Shown here: in pieces, positions 41,416 to 50,824 of the stretch | Position numbering within the stretch: the stretch's first letter is position 1 | How the letters are laid out: each line of letters begins with the position of its first letter | Assembly: GCA_030591445.1 (NCBI GenBank) | Contig: JAUVBB010000001.1 | Coordinates: forward strand, 1 to 59,511 | Direction of reading: 5' to 3' | DNA from: Deltaproteobacteria bacterium | GTDB lineage: Bacteria; Myxococcota; B64-G9 | DNA: 59,511 bases | The notes under the pieces: generated by a model | Database searches by the model: none | What the model was told of the DNA's origin: nothing | The model's input: only the letters and a program-made list of their open reading frames with translations | Program-made: the position numbers and the translations under genes

Positions 41416-41833
41416 GGTTCATCCCTCCGTTGGCCCCCCAGGGCTCTATCCATGACATGTTATAAACGACCTACAGATAGCCAATGCAATACTTGTGCCC
41501 AAATAGGTATTGCTTGCTTGTTTCATCAAGTGACTGAATTTACGACTTTTTTCTCAGCAACCCTGTTTGGGCAAAAACAACGCTGTTGGGCTAACAATGG
41601 CATTGTCACCCTGTTCAAAATGAGCTATTTCAACGGCAACAGATCCACTATAAATTTAACCACTCAAAACAATTGCACATTTTCAACACGCAAAAGCCGC
41701 CTATGGGCCCTTAGCCGCCATGGTATTATCACCACAGACAGAAGCATTCCCGTTCCCACGCGGAAAGCCTTGACTTTTCTCCCGTTTTCGCCGATGGATG
41801 GGGCCGACCGACCGCGCAAAGGAAGCAAGCTGC

Positions 41834-43633
41834 ATGACCAAGACCATTCGTAATTTCAGTATCGTGGCTCATATTGATCACGGCAAATCCACCCTGGCTG
41901 ATCGCTTGATCCAAAAAGCGGGCCTGGTCAACGAGCGTGACTTTCGCGATCAAATGCTTGACGACCTCGACATAGAGAGAGAGCGCGGCATCACGGTAAA
42001 AAGCAATACCGTCACCCTGCCCTACCAAGACGCGGACGGAACCGAATACCACCTGAATCTAATCGACACCCCCGGGCATGTCGATTTCACCTACGAGGTC
42101 TCGCGCGCCTTGGCCGCCTGCGAAGGCATCCTGCTGCTGGTCGACGCCGCCCAAGGCGTCCAGGCCCAGACCTTGGCCCATCTTTACTCCGCCATGGAGC
42201 ATGATCTGGAAATCATCCCGGTGATCAACAAGATCGATCTCCCATCGGCGGATATAGAGAGCGCCCGCGAACAAATCGAAAGCGATCTGGGCTTGAGCGC
42301 CGATGACGCAGTGCTATGCTCTGCCAAGACCGGCGAAGGCGTCGATGCCATCTTCGCGGCCGTGGTCGAGCGGATCCCGGCGCCCAAGGTGGACGAAAAA
42401 CGACCGCTGCGGGCCCTGGTCTTCGATGCCCGCTACGACTCGTTTCGGGGCACCATTGTATCGGTGCGGGTCATGGAAGGAATTCTGCGCGCCAAAGAGT
42501 CTATTCAGCTCATGTCCAACCAAGCCGTCTACAACATCGAAGAACTGGGTCACCACTGCCTGGTGCGACAACCGGCCAAACATTTGGCCGCCGGTGATGT
42601 CGGTTATTTGATTGGCAACATCAAACGTATTTCCGATGTCAGCATCGGCGACACCATTACCCTCGCCGAAAACCCAGCCACCGAGCCCCTGGCGGGCTTC
42701 AAGCTGGTCAAGCCGGTGGTGTTTTCCTCGCTCTACCCCATTTCTTCCGACGATTACCCCTCCCTGGTAGAAGCGCTGGAAAAATACGTGCTCAATGATG
42801 CTTCGCTGATATACGAGAAAGATTCTTCCGCCGCCTTGGGACAAGGTTTCCGCTGCGGCTACCTGGGCCTGCTGCACTTGGAAATCGTGCAAGAACGCTT
42901 AGAGCGCGAGTTCGACCAAGCCATCATCATGACCATGCCCAGCGTGCAGTATCACTTTCGGCTAAAATCGGGCGAAACCGTGGTGGTGGACAATCCGCAG
43001 TACTATCCCGACCCCATGCAAATCGAGGCTTCGGAAGAACCCTACATCCGGGCCAATATCATGATCCCCGAGCGTTACATGGGCGTGGTCATGGAACTGT
43101 GTCGGCAGCGCCGCGGGGAAAACTCCGATTTTCACTATCCGGCACCCGGGCGCATCGAGGTAAAATTTGACCTGCCCCTGGCCGAAGTTATCTTCGACTT
43201 TTACGACAAGCTCAAGAGCGTCACCCAGGGCTACGGTTCTTTTGACTATGACATGGCCGGCTACCGGGAAAGCGATCTGGTCAAGCTCGACATCCTGGTC
43301 AACGGCGAACCCGTCGACGCTCTGGCCACCATGGTGCACAAAGAACGCGCTCGTACCCGCGGGGTACAAATCTGCGATCGGCTCAAGAAAGAGATCCCCC
43401 GGCAGATGTTCAAGATCGCCATTCAAGCTGCTATCGGCCGCACCGTCATCAGCCGCTCGACCATCAACGCCTTCCGCAAGGATGTCACCGCCAAGTGCTA
43501 CGGCGGCGATATCAGCCGCAAGCGCAAACTGCTCGAAAAGCAAAAAAAGGGCAAGAAGCGCATGAAGATGGTGGGACAAGTCGAAATCCCCCAAAGCGCC
43601 TTCGTCTCGATCCTCAAAACCGACGACAACTAG
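41834..43633 (+). CDS. lepA: Translation elongation factor 4 (LepA)
   Basis: MTKTIRNFSIVAHIDHGKSTLADRLI, DTPGHVDF and NKID are present, along with the characteristic LepA C-terminus. ATG 41834 is preferred over the track start 41798. Confidence 0.97.
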   Translation: MTKTIRNFSIVAHIDHGKSTLADRLIQKAGLVNERDFRDQMLDDLDIERERGITVKSNTVTLPYQDADGTEYHLNLIDTPGHVDFTYEVSRALAACEGILLLVDAAQGVQAQTLAHLYSAMEHDLEIIPVINKIDLPSADIESAREQIESDLGLSADDAVLCSAKTGEGVDAIFAAVVERIPAPKVDEKRPLRALVFDARYDSFRGTIVSVRVMEGILRAKESIQLMSNQAVYNIEELGHHCLVRQPAKHLAAGDVGYLIGNIKRISDVSIGDTITLAENPATEPLAGFKLVKPVVFSSLYPISSDDYPSLVEALEKYVLNDASLIYEKDSSAALGQGFRCGYLGLLHLEIVQERLEREFDQAIIMTMPSVQYHFRLKSGETVVVDNPQYYPDPMQIEASEEPYIRANIMIPERYMGVVMELCRQRRGENSDFHYPAPGRIEVKFDLPLAEVIFDFYDKLKSVTQGYGSFDYDMAGYRESDLVKLDILVNGEPVDALATMVHKERARTRGVQICDRLKKEIPRQMFKIAIQAAIGRTVISRSTINAFRKDVTAKCYGGDISRKRKLLEKQKKGKKRMKMVGQVEIPQSAFVSILKTDDN

Positions 43634-43636
43634 ACC

Positions 43637-44746
43637 ATGTCCGACCCAGCCGGCCTGTATGTGCATGTGCCTTTCTGCCTGCGCAAATGCCCTTACTGTG
43701 ATTTCTATTCCACCTGCAATCTGCATAAGGTCGACGACTTTCTCGATGCGCTCAAGCAAGAACTAAGCATGCGCCTGCCCAGCCGCCCTTGCCCAGCCAC
43801 GGTCTATATCGGTGGCGGCACCCCTTCCTGCTTGCCGCCCGCGCAGTTGTCCAAACTTTTGTCCCTGCTATCAAACGCAGCCGACTTGTCGGCCGCCGCC
43901 GAGTTCACCGTCGAGATGAACCCAGCCGATGTCGACTCCACTCGGCTTGCCATCTTGCGCGAGGCCGGCGTCGGGCGCATCAGCCTGGGCGTGCAATCCT
44001 TCGACGATCGTTTGCTCAAAACCCTGGGCCGACGCCACGATAGCGCCGTTGCCGGTCGGGCCGCGGAAGACATCCGCCGGCATGACTTCTCCTTAGGGAT
44101 CGACCTGATCTATGGCGTGCCCGGCCAATCGATGGCGACATGGCAATCATGCCTGCACCAAGCCATGTCGCTCAACCCCGAGCACTTGTCTTGCTACGAA
44201 CTGACCTACGCCGCCCATACCCCCCTGACCGCCCAAGTCCAATCCGGTGCGTTAACAGCTCTGGCCGAAGACCCAATCGCCGAGATGTTTCTGCACAGCT
44301 CTGACTGGCTCCGGGCCCAGGGCTACGATCATTACGAAGTCTCCAACTTCGCCTGCGGCCGCCCACAACGCAGCCAACACAACCAGCGCTATTGGTCCCG
44401 TTTGCCCGTCATTGGGCTCGGCCCTGCCGCCCACAGCTTCGACGGCCGCCAGCGCTGGGCCAACCATGCCGATGTAGCCGCTTATGTAGCGAGCCTTAAA
44501 CAAAACCAGGCGCCGGAGGCCAGTCGAGAACAACTCACCACCGGCCAAGCCCGTACCGAAGCCCTGGCCCTCGGCCTGCGCACCCGCGCTGGCGTCAGCC
44601 AAGATCTACTCAATCATTTCCCCAAAGCCGCTTGCCTGCTCCCCCGCTTTCAATCCGAAGGCTGGCTACGACGGCAAGATCAAGGCTGGCAGCCCACTAC
44701 CGAAGGTCTCCTGCGCGCTGATGGCATGGCGCGGGAAATAATTTAA
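43637..44746 (+). CDS. hemW: Radical SAM heme chaperone HemW (HemN-like)
   Basis: LYVHVPFCLRKCPYCDF is the CxxxCxxC radical SAM motif. The gene begins 3 nt after lepA, which is the conserved lepA-hemW arrangement. Confidence 0.9.
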   Translation: MSDPAGLYVHVPFCLRKCPYCDFYSTCNLHKVDDFLDALKQELSMRLPSRPCPATVYIGGGTPSCLPPAQLSKLLSLLSNAADLSAAAEFTVEMNPADVDSTRLAILREAGVGRISLGVQSFDDRLLKTLGRRHDSAVAGRAAEDIRRHDFSLGIDLIYGVPGQSMATWQSCLHQAMSLNPEHLSCYELTYAAHTPLTAQVQSGALTALAEDPIAEMFLHSSDWLRAQGYDHYEVSNFACGRPQRSQHNQRYWSRLPVIGLGPAAHSFDGRQRWANHADVAAYVASLKQNQAPEASREQLTTGQARTEALALGLRTRAGVSQDLLNHFPKAACLLPRFQSEGWLRRQDQGWQPTTEGLLRADGMAREII

Positions 44747-44764
44747 ATTAAAATCAATTTGCTG

Positions 44765-44815
44765 TTGACAAGCGCCGCCCCTATTTGTATATTCCTGACC
44801 GTGAATACAGGAATA
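44765..44815 (+). promoter_or_regulatory. Sigma70 promoter with an overlapping inverted repeat; candidate Rrf2 operator
   Basis: TTGACA (44765-44770), 17 nt of spacer, then TATATT (44788-44793). TATTCCTG-N10-CAGGAATA lies at 44790-44815 and overlaps the -10 and the expected TSS. Confidence 0.6.
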
Positions 44816-44824
44816 GGGAATTCC

Positions 44825-45265
44825 ATGCATTGCTTCATCAAGTTTTCCGACGCAACCAACCTGGCCATCCACGCCACCAGCCTCTTGGCCCGGCGGGCAG
44901 ACGATCAACCGGTCAAGATTGGCCAACTCGCCCAAGCCCTGCATGCTTCTGAAGCTCACCTGGGTAAAGTCATGAATCGCCTGGCCCAAACCAGCGTGGT
45001 GCTTTCCAAGCGCGGGCCCCTAGGCGGCTTTGTACTGGGACCACGGGCCCAGGAAATGACCCTGTTCGATCTTTACGAAATGTTCGATGGTCCGCTGCGC
45101 CAAGGAAGCTGCTTGCTCAACCAAGAAAAATGTCCCTTCGGTGACTGTATCTTTGGCGATGCCGTCAACCACGCGCAAGAGACCATTCGCCGGGCCCTAC
45201 AAGAAAGAGTGATTTCACAATTGCCAGATAAAAAGAAGAAGAAATCAAAAACCAAGAAGCAATAA
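44825..45265 (+). CDS. Rrf2-family transcriptional regulator (NsrR/IscR-like)
   Basis: MHCFIKFSDATNLAIHATSLLA is a typical Rrf2 HTH N-terminus. Three clustered Cys residues occur in GSCLLNQEKCPFGDC. A Lys-rich tail is present. The gene sits 18 nt upstream of hcp. Confidence 0.85.
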   Translation: MHCFIKFSDATNLAIHATSLLARRADDQPVKIGQLAQALHASEAHLGKVMNRLAQTSVVLSKRGPLGGFVLGPRAQEMTLFDLYEMFDGPLRQGSCLLNQEKCPFGDCIFGDAVNHAQETIRRALQERVISQLPDKKKKKSKTKKQ

Positions 45266-45283
45266 AACCCAAAGGAGAAAACG

Positions 45284-46927
45284 ATGGATATGTTCTGCTA
45301 CCAGTGTGAACAAACAGGCAACGGGGGCTGCAATAAACGCGGGGTATGTGGAAAAGATGCACCCACCTCGGCACTACAAGATCTCTTGATTCACCTTTCC
45401 AAAGGCATTGCCATGTACGGCCACCGGGCTCGCGGGCTCGGCGCCAGCGACGCTGCCGTCGATCGTTATGTGACCGAGGCCTTGTTTACCACCGTCACCA
45501 ACGTCAATTTCGATCCGGCCCGCTTGGAGTCCCAAATCCAAGAGGGTTACAAAGTCCTGGCCACGGCCCGCAACTTGTACCAAAAAGCCTGCCAAGATAA
45601 GGGCCAAGAAGCTGAAACTCTCACCGGTCCCGCCGGCTTCGAACCAGCCACCGACACCGAGACGCTGCTGGAACAAGCGCGGAAAATCGGTATCGACAGT
45701 CGCACCGAGACCCTGGGCCCCGATGTCACTGGTTTGATCGAACTGATCACTTACGGCCTCAAGGGCATGGCAGCCTACGCCGATCATGCCCTGATCCTGG
45801 GCAAGACCAGCGAGCCGGCAAACGCCTTTTTCCACGAATGTCTTAATTTCCTGACCGAGACTCACACGGTAGAAGAGTATACCGGCATGGCGCTCAAGGT
45901 CGGTGAGATGAACCTGGCCGTGATGGCGCTGTTGGACGAAGCCAACACCGGCACTTACGGACATCCCGAGCCTACCGCAGTTCGCGTAGAGCCCTTGGCC
46001 GGCAAAGCCATCCTGATCTCGGGCCATGATCTCAAAGATTTGCAGCTCTTGTTGGAGCAAACCGAAGGCAAGGGCATCAACGTCTATACCCATGGCGAAA
46101 TGCTGCCCTGTCTGGCCTATCCCGAGCTCAAGAAGCATAAGCATCTGGTCGGCAACTACGGCTCCGCCTGGCAAAACCAGAAGAAAGAGTTCGACGCCTT
46201 CCCCGGCGCCATCTTGATGACCACCAATTGCATCCAGCAGCCCAAAGAGACCTACCTAGGACGCATTTTTACCACCGGCCTGGTAGCCTTCCCGAACGTG
46301 ACCCATGTCTCCAACCAAGACTTCTCCCCAGTCATCGAAGCAGCCTTGGCAGCCGAGGGATTCAAAGAAGACGGCCCGGACAAGACCATCACCATCGGCT
46401 TTGGCCACAACGCCGTGCTGAACGTAGCCGACAAGGTAGTCGACGCGGTCAAGCAAGGTCAGATCAAGCATTTCTTCCTGATTGGCGGCTGCGACGGCGC
46501 CAAGTCCGGCCGCAACTACTTCACCGAATTGGCGGAGAAAGTACCCCAAGACAGCGTGATCATGACCCTGGCCTGTGGCAAGTATCGTTTCAACAAGCTC
46601 GACTTCGGCGACATTGGCGGCATCCCGCGCCTGCTCGACATCGGCCAATGCAACGATGCCCACTCCGCCGTTCAGATCGCCGTCGCCCTGGCCCAAGCCT
46701 TCGACACCGACGTCAACTCGCTGCCACTGTCGATAGTGCTTTCCTGGTACGAGCAAAAAGCCGTCACCATCTTGCTCAGCCTGCTCCACCTGGGCATCAA
46801 GAACATCCGCCTCGGCCCCAGCCTGCCCGCCTTTGTCACCCCGCCGGTGTTGGCTGTCTTGCAAGAGAACTTCAACCTGATGCCCACCACCACCGCCGAT
46901 GAAGATCTCAAGGCCATGCTCGGCTAA
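45284..46927 (+). CDS. hcp: Hybrid-cluster protein / hydroxylamine reductase
   Basis: The N-terminus is MFCYQCEQTGNGGCNKRGVCGK. Length is 547 aa, with conserved Hcp blocks throughout. Confidence 0.96.
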   Translation: MDMFCYQCEQTGNGGCNKRGVCGKDAPTSALQDLLIHLSKGIAMYGHRARGLGASDAAVDRYVTEALFTTVTNVNFDPARLESQIQEGYKVLATARNLYQKACQDKGQEAETLTGPAGFEPATDTETLLEQARKIGIDSRTETLGPDVTGLIELITYGLKGMAAYADHALILGKTSEPANAFFHECLNFLTETHTVEEYTGMALKVGEMNLAVMALLDEANTGTYGHPEPTAVRVEPLAGKAILISGHDLKDLQLLLEQTEGKGINVYTHGEMLPCLAYPELKKHKHLVGNYGSAWQNQKKEFDAFPGAILMTTNCIQQPKETYLGRIFTTGLVAFPNVTHVSNQDFSPVIEAALAAEGFKEDGPDKTITIGFGHNAVLNVADKVVDAVKQGQIKHFFLIGGCDGAKSGRNYFTELAEKVPQDSVIMTLACGKYRFNKLDFGDIGGIPRLLDIGQCNDAHSAVQIAVALAQAFDTDVNSLPLSIVLSWYEQKAVTILLSLLHLGIKNIRLGPSLPAFVTPPVLAVLQENFNLMPTTTADEDLKAMLG

Positions 46928-46980
46928 GCTAGTAATTATCTGAGAGACCTTCCCCGTTTTCTAGTGTACGCTGGAAAACC

Positions 46981-47907
46981 ATGAGCAACCCGACAGCGTC
47001 GATCAAACTCTTGTTGCGCAAGGCAGGCGACCCGGCCGAGGCCCAACAGCTAGCCGGCATGATCTTCGATTTTTGCTTGGACCAGCGATTGGATCGCTTT
47101 CTTGCGCTCGAGCAAATCTTGGAACAATTGGATCGGCCCGCCTATCTCGGTCCCTTACTCGAGCACCTGCGCCAATTCGTTGGGCGTCAAGCCAAGCGAA
47201 GCGCCGACACCACTGATCGCATCGACGCCAGCTTGACCCCCGAGGCGCGCCGTTTGCTTGCCGATCTTGCGGCGCAGCCCATAGCCCTGGAACGCAGTTT
47301 CATCGAGAGCGTGGTAGAGCACGAAGCGGTCAAGCAACTGTTGCGCATGGTGGTGATGGAGTCGCTTACTCTCTTTATCAAAGACCTGAAAGACGGCGGC
47401 AACAAGTTCATCCCTTCTTTCGGCAAGCTAGGGATCGGAGCGGGGCTATTTCAAAAGTTTGCCGCCCAGTTCGAGACCGGACTGCACTCGGTCACCGAAG
47501 CCTTCGTCAACGCCTCATTGGATCGAGTTCTCAAGACCGTGGTGCAATCGGCCAACCTGGAACAAATGTCGGCCTTGTTCTCCAAATTCATTGGCTCCGG
47601 ATTGAAGGCCGCGCTGAAATTGGAGACATCGGTCTTCTGGCGCGACTTGCTGCGTCTGCGCCTAGTGGAGCTTCTGGAAGTCGTTCCCGGCTTGCTGCGC
47701 CACAACCTCACTCGTCCGGGAATTCGCAAGATGATTCTAGCGGAGCTAGGAGAGGTCCTTACCAAAGAGGGAAGCAAAACTTTGCGCCAAATCGTACAAG
47801 ACGAGGACCTTCTGCTCCGCTGGCGGCAAACGGCGAGCGAGCTTGGAGGGCCTTTCATTTCGGACTTTTCACACACTGACAAATTCAAAGAGTGGTTGTC
47901 TGCCTAA
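46981..47907 (+). CDS. Hypothetical helical protein (308 aa)
   Basis: This is a long ORF with coding-like composition, no signal peptide and no recognised motif. Confidence 0.6.
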   Translation: MSNPTASIKLLLRKAGDPAEAQQLAGMIFDFCLDQRLDRFLALEQILEQLDRPAYLGPLLEHLRQFVGRQAKRSADTTDRIDASLTPEARRLLADLAAQPIALERSFIESVVEHEAVKQLLRMVVMESLTLFIKDLKDGGNKFIPSFGKLGIGAGLFQKFAAQFETGLHSVTEAFVNASLDRVLKTVVQSANLEQMSALFSKFIGSGLKAALKLETSVFWRDLLRLRLVELLEVVPGLLRHNLTRPGIRKMILAELGEVLTKEGSKTLRQIVQDEDLLLRWRQTASELGGPFISDFSHTDKFKEWLSA

Positions 47908-48137
47908 TTTCCCCGGCTGGCTACCCGTCTCCTTGCGAGTCACGGGAGAGATCGGCCGCGTAAGCGCAGCCCCTGGACAAAACCGGGCGCTGCTGGCCTT
48001 GGTATTTTTGGCCCTGGCTCTGGTCAGGCGACGACAGTACTACTGAAAACTGTGGCTATGTCAGATATCTGAGGGCGCCTCCAGGCTGTCCAGAATTTTT
48101 TCCTCACTCTAACAAGGACTTGTATGAGTAGTCAGGC

Positions 48138-48153
48138 TGGCACGTAAGTTGCT
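48138..48153 (+). promoter_or_regulatory. Sigma54 (RpoN) -24/-12 promoter of the S41 peptidase gene
   Basis: TGGCACG-TAAG-TTGCT is an exact consensus match. The -12 GC at 48151-48152 lies 33 nt upstream of ATG 48185. The GGAGGAG RBS falls in between. Confidence 0.75.
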
Positions 48154-48184
48154 GTTTCGGCTCTGTAGGAGGAGAGAAGATAAT

Positions 48185-49768
48185 ATGATTGCGTCGACTG
48201 ATGGCTTGCGCTGGTTTTGGGTATGGTTTGTCGTTTTGCTGCTAAATTCTGGCTGTTCCTCCGGCCAAGATCTGGTCATTAGCAAAGTACAGGTTGGCCA
48301 GTTTGACGACGATCAGTGGCTGGAGGATTACTGCCAGACGCAGGGCTGGTACCAGGATGGCGTCTGTGACGGTTTCTGCCCCTTGCCCGAACCGGATTGC
48401 AGCGAGGAATGTGCGCCGCTGGGAACTCTTCACTGCCAGGATGGCTTGGTCTGTATCGAAGGAGAGTGTGTTGTTCCCAGCCCCAGTGCAAACCAGCAAA
48501 CCCAGATCGATTTGGTGCAGGAAGCAATTGATCAGATGTTGTATTACACCGGCTGGGTCGACGACTTTGATCTGGGGCTCGAAGATCTTGCCGATCAAGT
48601 CTGGTGGACCATCGTCGAGGGAGACGAGAGTGATTCCTATCTATACCAAGCCATGCGCTTGGCCCTACTCGCTTTTCCGGTGGGACACCAGGTCATCTAT
48701 TTAGCCGACACTAATCTTTGCAGCCAAAAAGAAATGTTTTGGCAAAGCGCGTCGCGACTGGGCGTATGTGCGCGGCCCTACGGCGACGACTTTGTGATAA
48801 CCCATGTTCTGGACGGCAATCCTCTGGGTTTGCAGGCCGGCGACCGCATCCGTGCGGTGGCGGGTCTCAGCGGCACTGACATGGTCGAGGAAGTATTACG
48901 CTACCCGGTTTGTGGCAGCGCTTCGGCGTCCCCGGCCAACCGGAGAATCGCTGCGGCCACCTCGCTTTTTTCTTCGATTCCCGAAGGCACCCGGCTCGAT
49001 ATCGTCCACATCGACGGCAGCCAGAGCCAACTCGAAATCCCCCCGGCCGAGATCAGCTATCTAGATTGCCGCTATCCACGGGGCGGAGACATGTGGTTCA
49101 ACGCCCGTACCACTCTATTGGCTAACGACATCGCGGTGATTACCTTACCGCGTCTCTATCCCACCCAGGCCACCGGCAACGAAGGCTACGACGAATTGAT
49201 CGACATGATGAAGTCATCGGTGCAAGAAGCCTTCGACCAAGCCAAACACGCGCAGGGAATCATTTGGGATCTGCGCGCCAATGTCGGCGGCATCACCCCC
49301 ATTGGCTTGGAGATCGTCGGCGGCATGCCCACCGCCCGCGCCCAAACCATCGCTTTCGGCGGGCGACGCATTCCAGGAAGCAAGCCAGTCACCCTGACGA
49401 ACGAGTTCGAGTACGCAGTGCAACCGGGAGGGGATTTCAGCTACCAAGGGAAGGTAGCCGTTTTGGCCGACGGCCTATCGGTAAGCGCCGCCGATTATTT
49501 CCTACTCGCAATCGCTGAAGCTACCGATGTTCCCATCATCGGCACCGGGGCCGCCGGCGCTTACGGCGGCAGCGGCTTTACCGTCACTGTTGGCAACGAC
49601 CCCAGTTTTATCATCGGCATCGACCCCTACCGCATCGAAGACGCCCAGGGTCAAGTGTTAGAAGGCTATACCGTTGACCCCCATCGTTTCGTTGAGCAAG
49701 ATCCCGAGGATCTTAGCCAAGGAATCGACACCCAACTCCAAGCCGCCATCGCCTTGCTGCTCGAATAG
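48185..49768 (+). CDS. S41-family peptidase lipoprotein with an N-terminal Cys-rich module
   Basis: FWVWFVVLLLNSGC is a lipobox. VAVLADGLSVSAADYFLLAI resembles the S41 GxSxSAxE catalytic Ser block. GGAGGAGAG lies upstream of ATG 48185. Confidence 0.7.
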   Translation: MIASTDGLRWFWVWFVVLLLNSGCSSGQDLVISKVQVGQFDDDQWLEDYCQTQGWYQDGVCDGFCPLPEPDCSEECAPLGTLHCQDGLVCIEGECVVPSPSANQQTQIDLVQEAIDQMLYYTGWVDDFDLGLEDLADQVWWTIVEGDESDSYLYQAMRLALLAFPVGHQVIYLADTNLCSQKEMFWQSASRLGVCARPYGDDFVITHVLDGNPLGLQAGDRIRAVAGLSGTDMVEEVLRYPVCGSASASPANRRIAAATSLFSSIPEGTRLDIVHIDGSQSQLEIPPAEISYLDCRYPRGGDMWFNARTTLLANDIAVITLPRLYPTQATGNEGYDELIDMMKSSVQEAFDQAKHAQGIIWDLRANVGGITPIGLEIVGGMPTARAQTIAFGGRRIPGSKPVTLTNEFEYAVQPGGDFSYQGKVAVLADGLSVSAADYFLLAIAEATDVPIIGTGAAGAYGGSGFTVTVGNDPSFIIGIDPYRIEDAQGQVLEGYTVDPHRFVEQDPEDLSQGIDTQLQAAIALLLE

Positions 49769-49841
49769 GCCAGGGAACAAGTTTTGGCCAGTCTCTTTGG
49801 GCTTGCGCCCAGCGACTACCGCTGATAGGGCATATGGCGAC

Positions 49842-50747
49842 ATGAGACTGGAGCTCCAAACAACTTTTTTTCTGCTATTGCTGGGTCTGACGCCGACGGC
49901 GAGGGCTTATCAGATTCATGTAGAAAATCCGGGTCGCTGTTTGGTCAAAGAAGAGCTGAAGCAAGAAATTGGCAAGCTCTTTCAGGCACATCGCGCGCAG
50001 AAGCGACTTTTTGTCAGCATTTCCGATCGACCCACGAACAAGGGATTGAGGATTGAAATCCGCTTATTGGATGCAAAAACGGGCGCGATCATGCTCGATC
50101 GGGCCATTGATTTGCCAAAAACGGATTGCCCGCGCTCGACGAAACTAATTCAACTCATTTTAAGTCAATTTCTGGCCGAATTGCCGGTAGACCTTTGGGA
50201 CGAGGAAATTCCGGGGCCGGTAAGCGTGATTCCTACCGAGCATGTCAGAATAGAACAAGAGTTTACCGCCTTGACCGCCCTGATGTTTCTCTCGGTCAAT
50301 GGCCGCGCCCAACCATGGGGCGGTGACGCTGAATTGGGCCTGGCCCTGGATGTGGGTGCCGATGCTTTCCGACTGCTGGGTTCCTTGGCCCTACGCCAAA
50401 GCCTGCCCAGCGATTTGGGTTCGGGAAAATTTATCGAGAGTTACGCACTCTTAGGGCTAGGCGGCCGTTACAGCGGCGAGCACTGGATGTTGCGCTTTGA
50501 GCTCAAAACCGGCGGCTTGCTGCTCACTGGTATGGATTATGCCAAGAACTTTCACACCTGGATGGCCTGGCTGGAGGCGCAGTTGTCCTTCCTGTTTGAC
50601 CTGGGATCGGTGGCCCTGGGTCCCCAAATCAGCGTACAGCCTTTTGAAAAAACCATCGTGGCCGATCAGGACCAATCCCGCCAGCTAGCCCGTTTTCGGC
50701 TAGGCCTGGTCATCACCCTGCCCTTTTGGGACCGATCTATGCCCTGA
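49842..50747 (+). CDS. Hypothetical exported protein; the C-terminal half is beta-rich
   Basis: MRLELQTTFFLLLLGLTPTARA is a signal peptide. The track ORF start at 49674 would overlap the upstream gene. Confidence 0.55.
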   Translation: MRLELQTTFFLLLLGLTPTARAYQIHVENPGRCLVKEELKQEIGKLFQAHRAQKRLFVSISDRPTNKGLRIEIRLLDAKTGAIMLDRAIDLPKTDCPRSTKLIQLILSQFLAELPVDLWDEEIPGPVSVIPTEHVRIEQEFTALTALMFLSVNGRAQPWGGDAELGLALDVGADAFRLLGSLALRQSLPSDLGSGKFIESYALLGLGGRYSGEHWMLRFELKTGGLLLTGMDYAKNFHTWMAWLEAQLSFLFDLGSVALGPQISVQPFEKTIVADQDQSRQLARFRLGLVITLPFWDRSMP

Positions 50748-50824
50748 CAAAAGTTTGCCAGAGCAGCGGCGGAATTAACGAATCAGCCGGGTGGTGGAGA
50801 ATTAAAGTAAACAGACAGGAACTG

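Noticed and set aside
41074-41853. 259-aa plus-strand ORF spanning the 142-aa gene and the lepA upstream gap
   Set aside because: The sequence is not protein-like, being Cys/Thr/Phe-rich with no motif. It runs through an AT-rich intergenic region and into the lepA start, so it is probably spurious.
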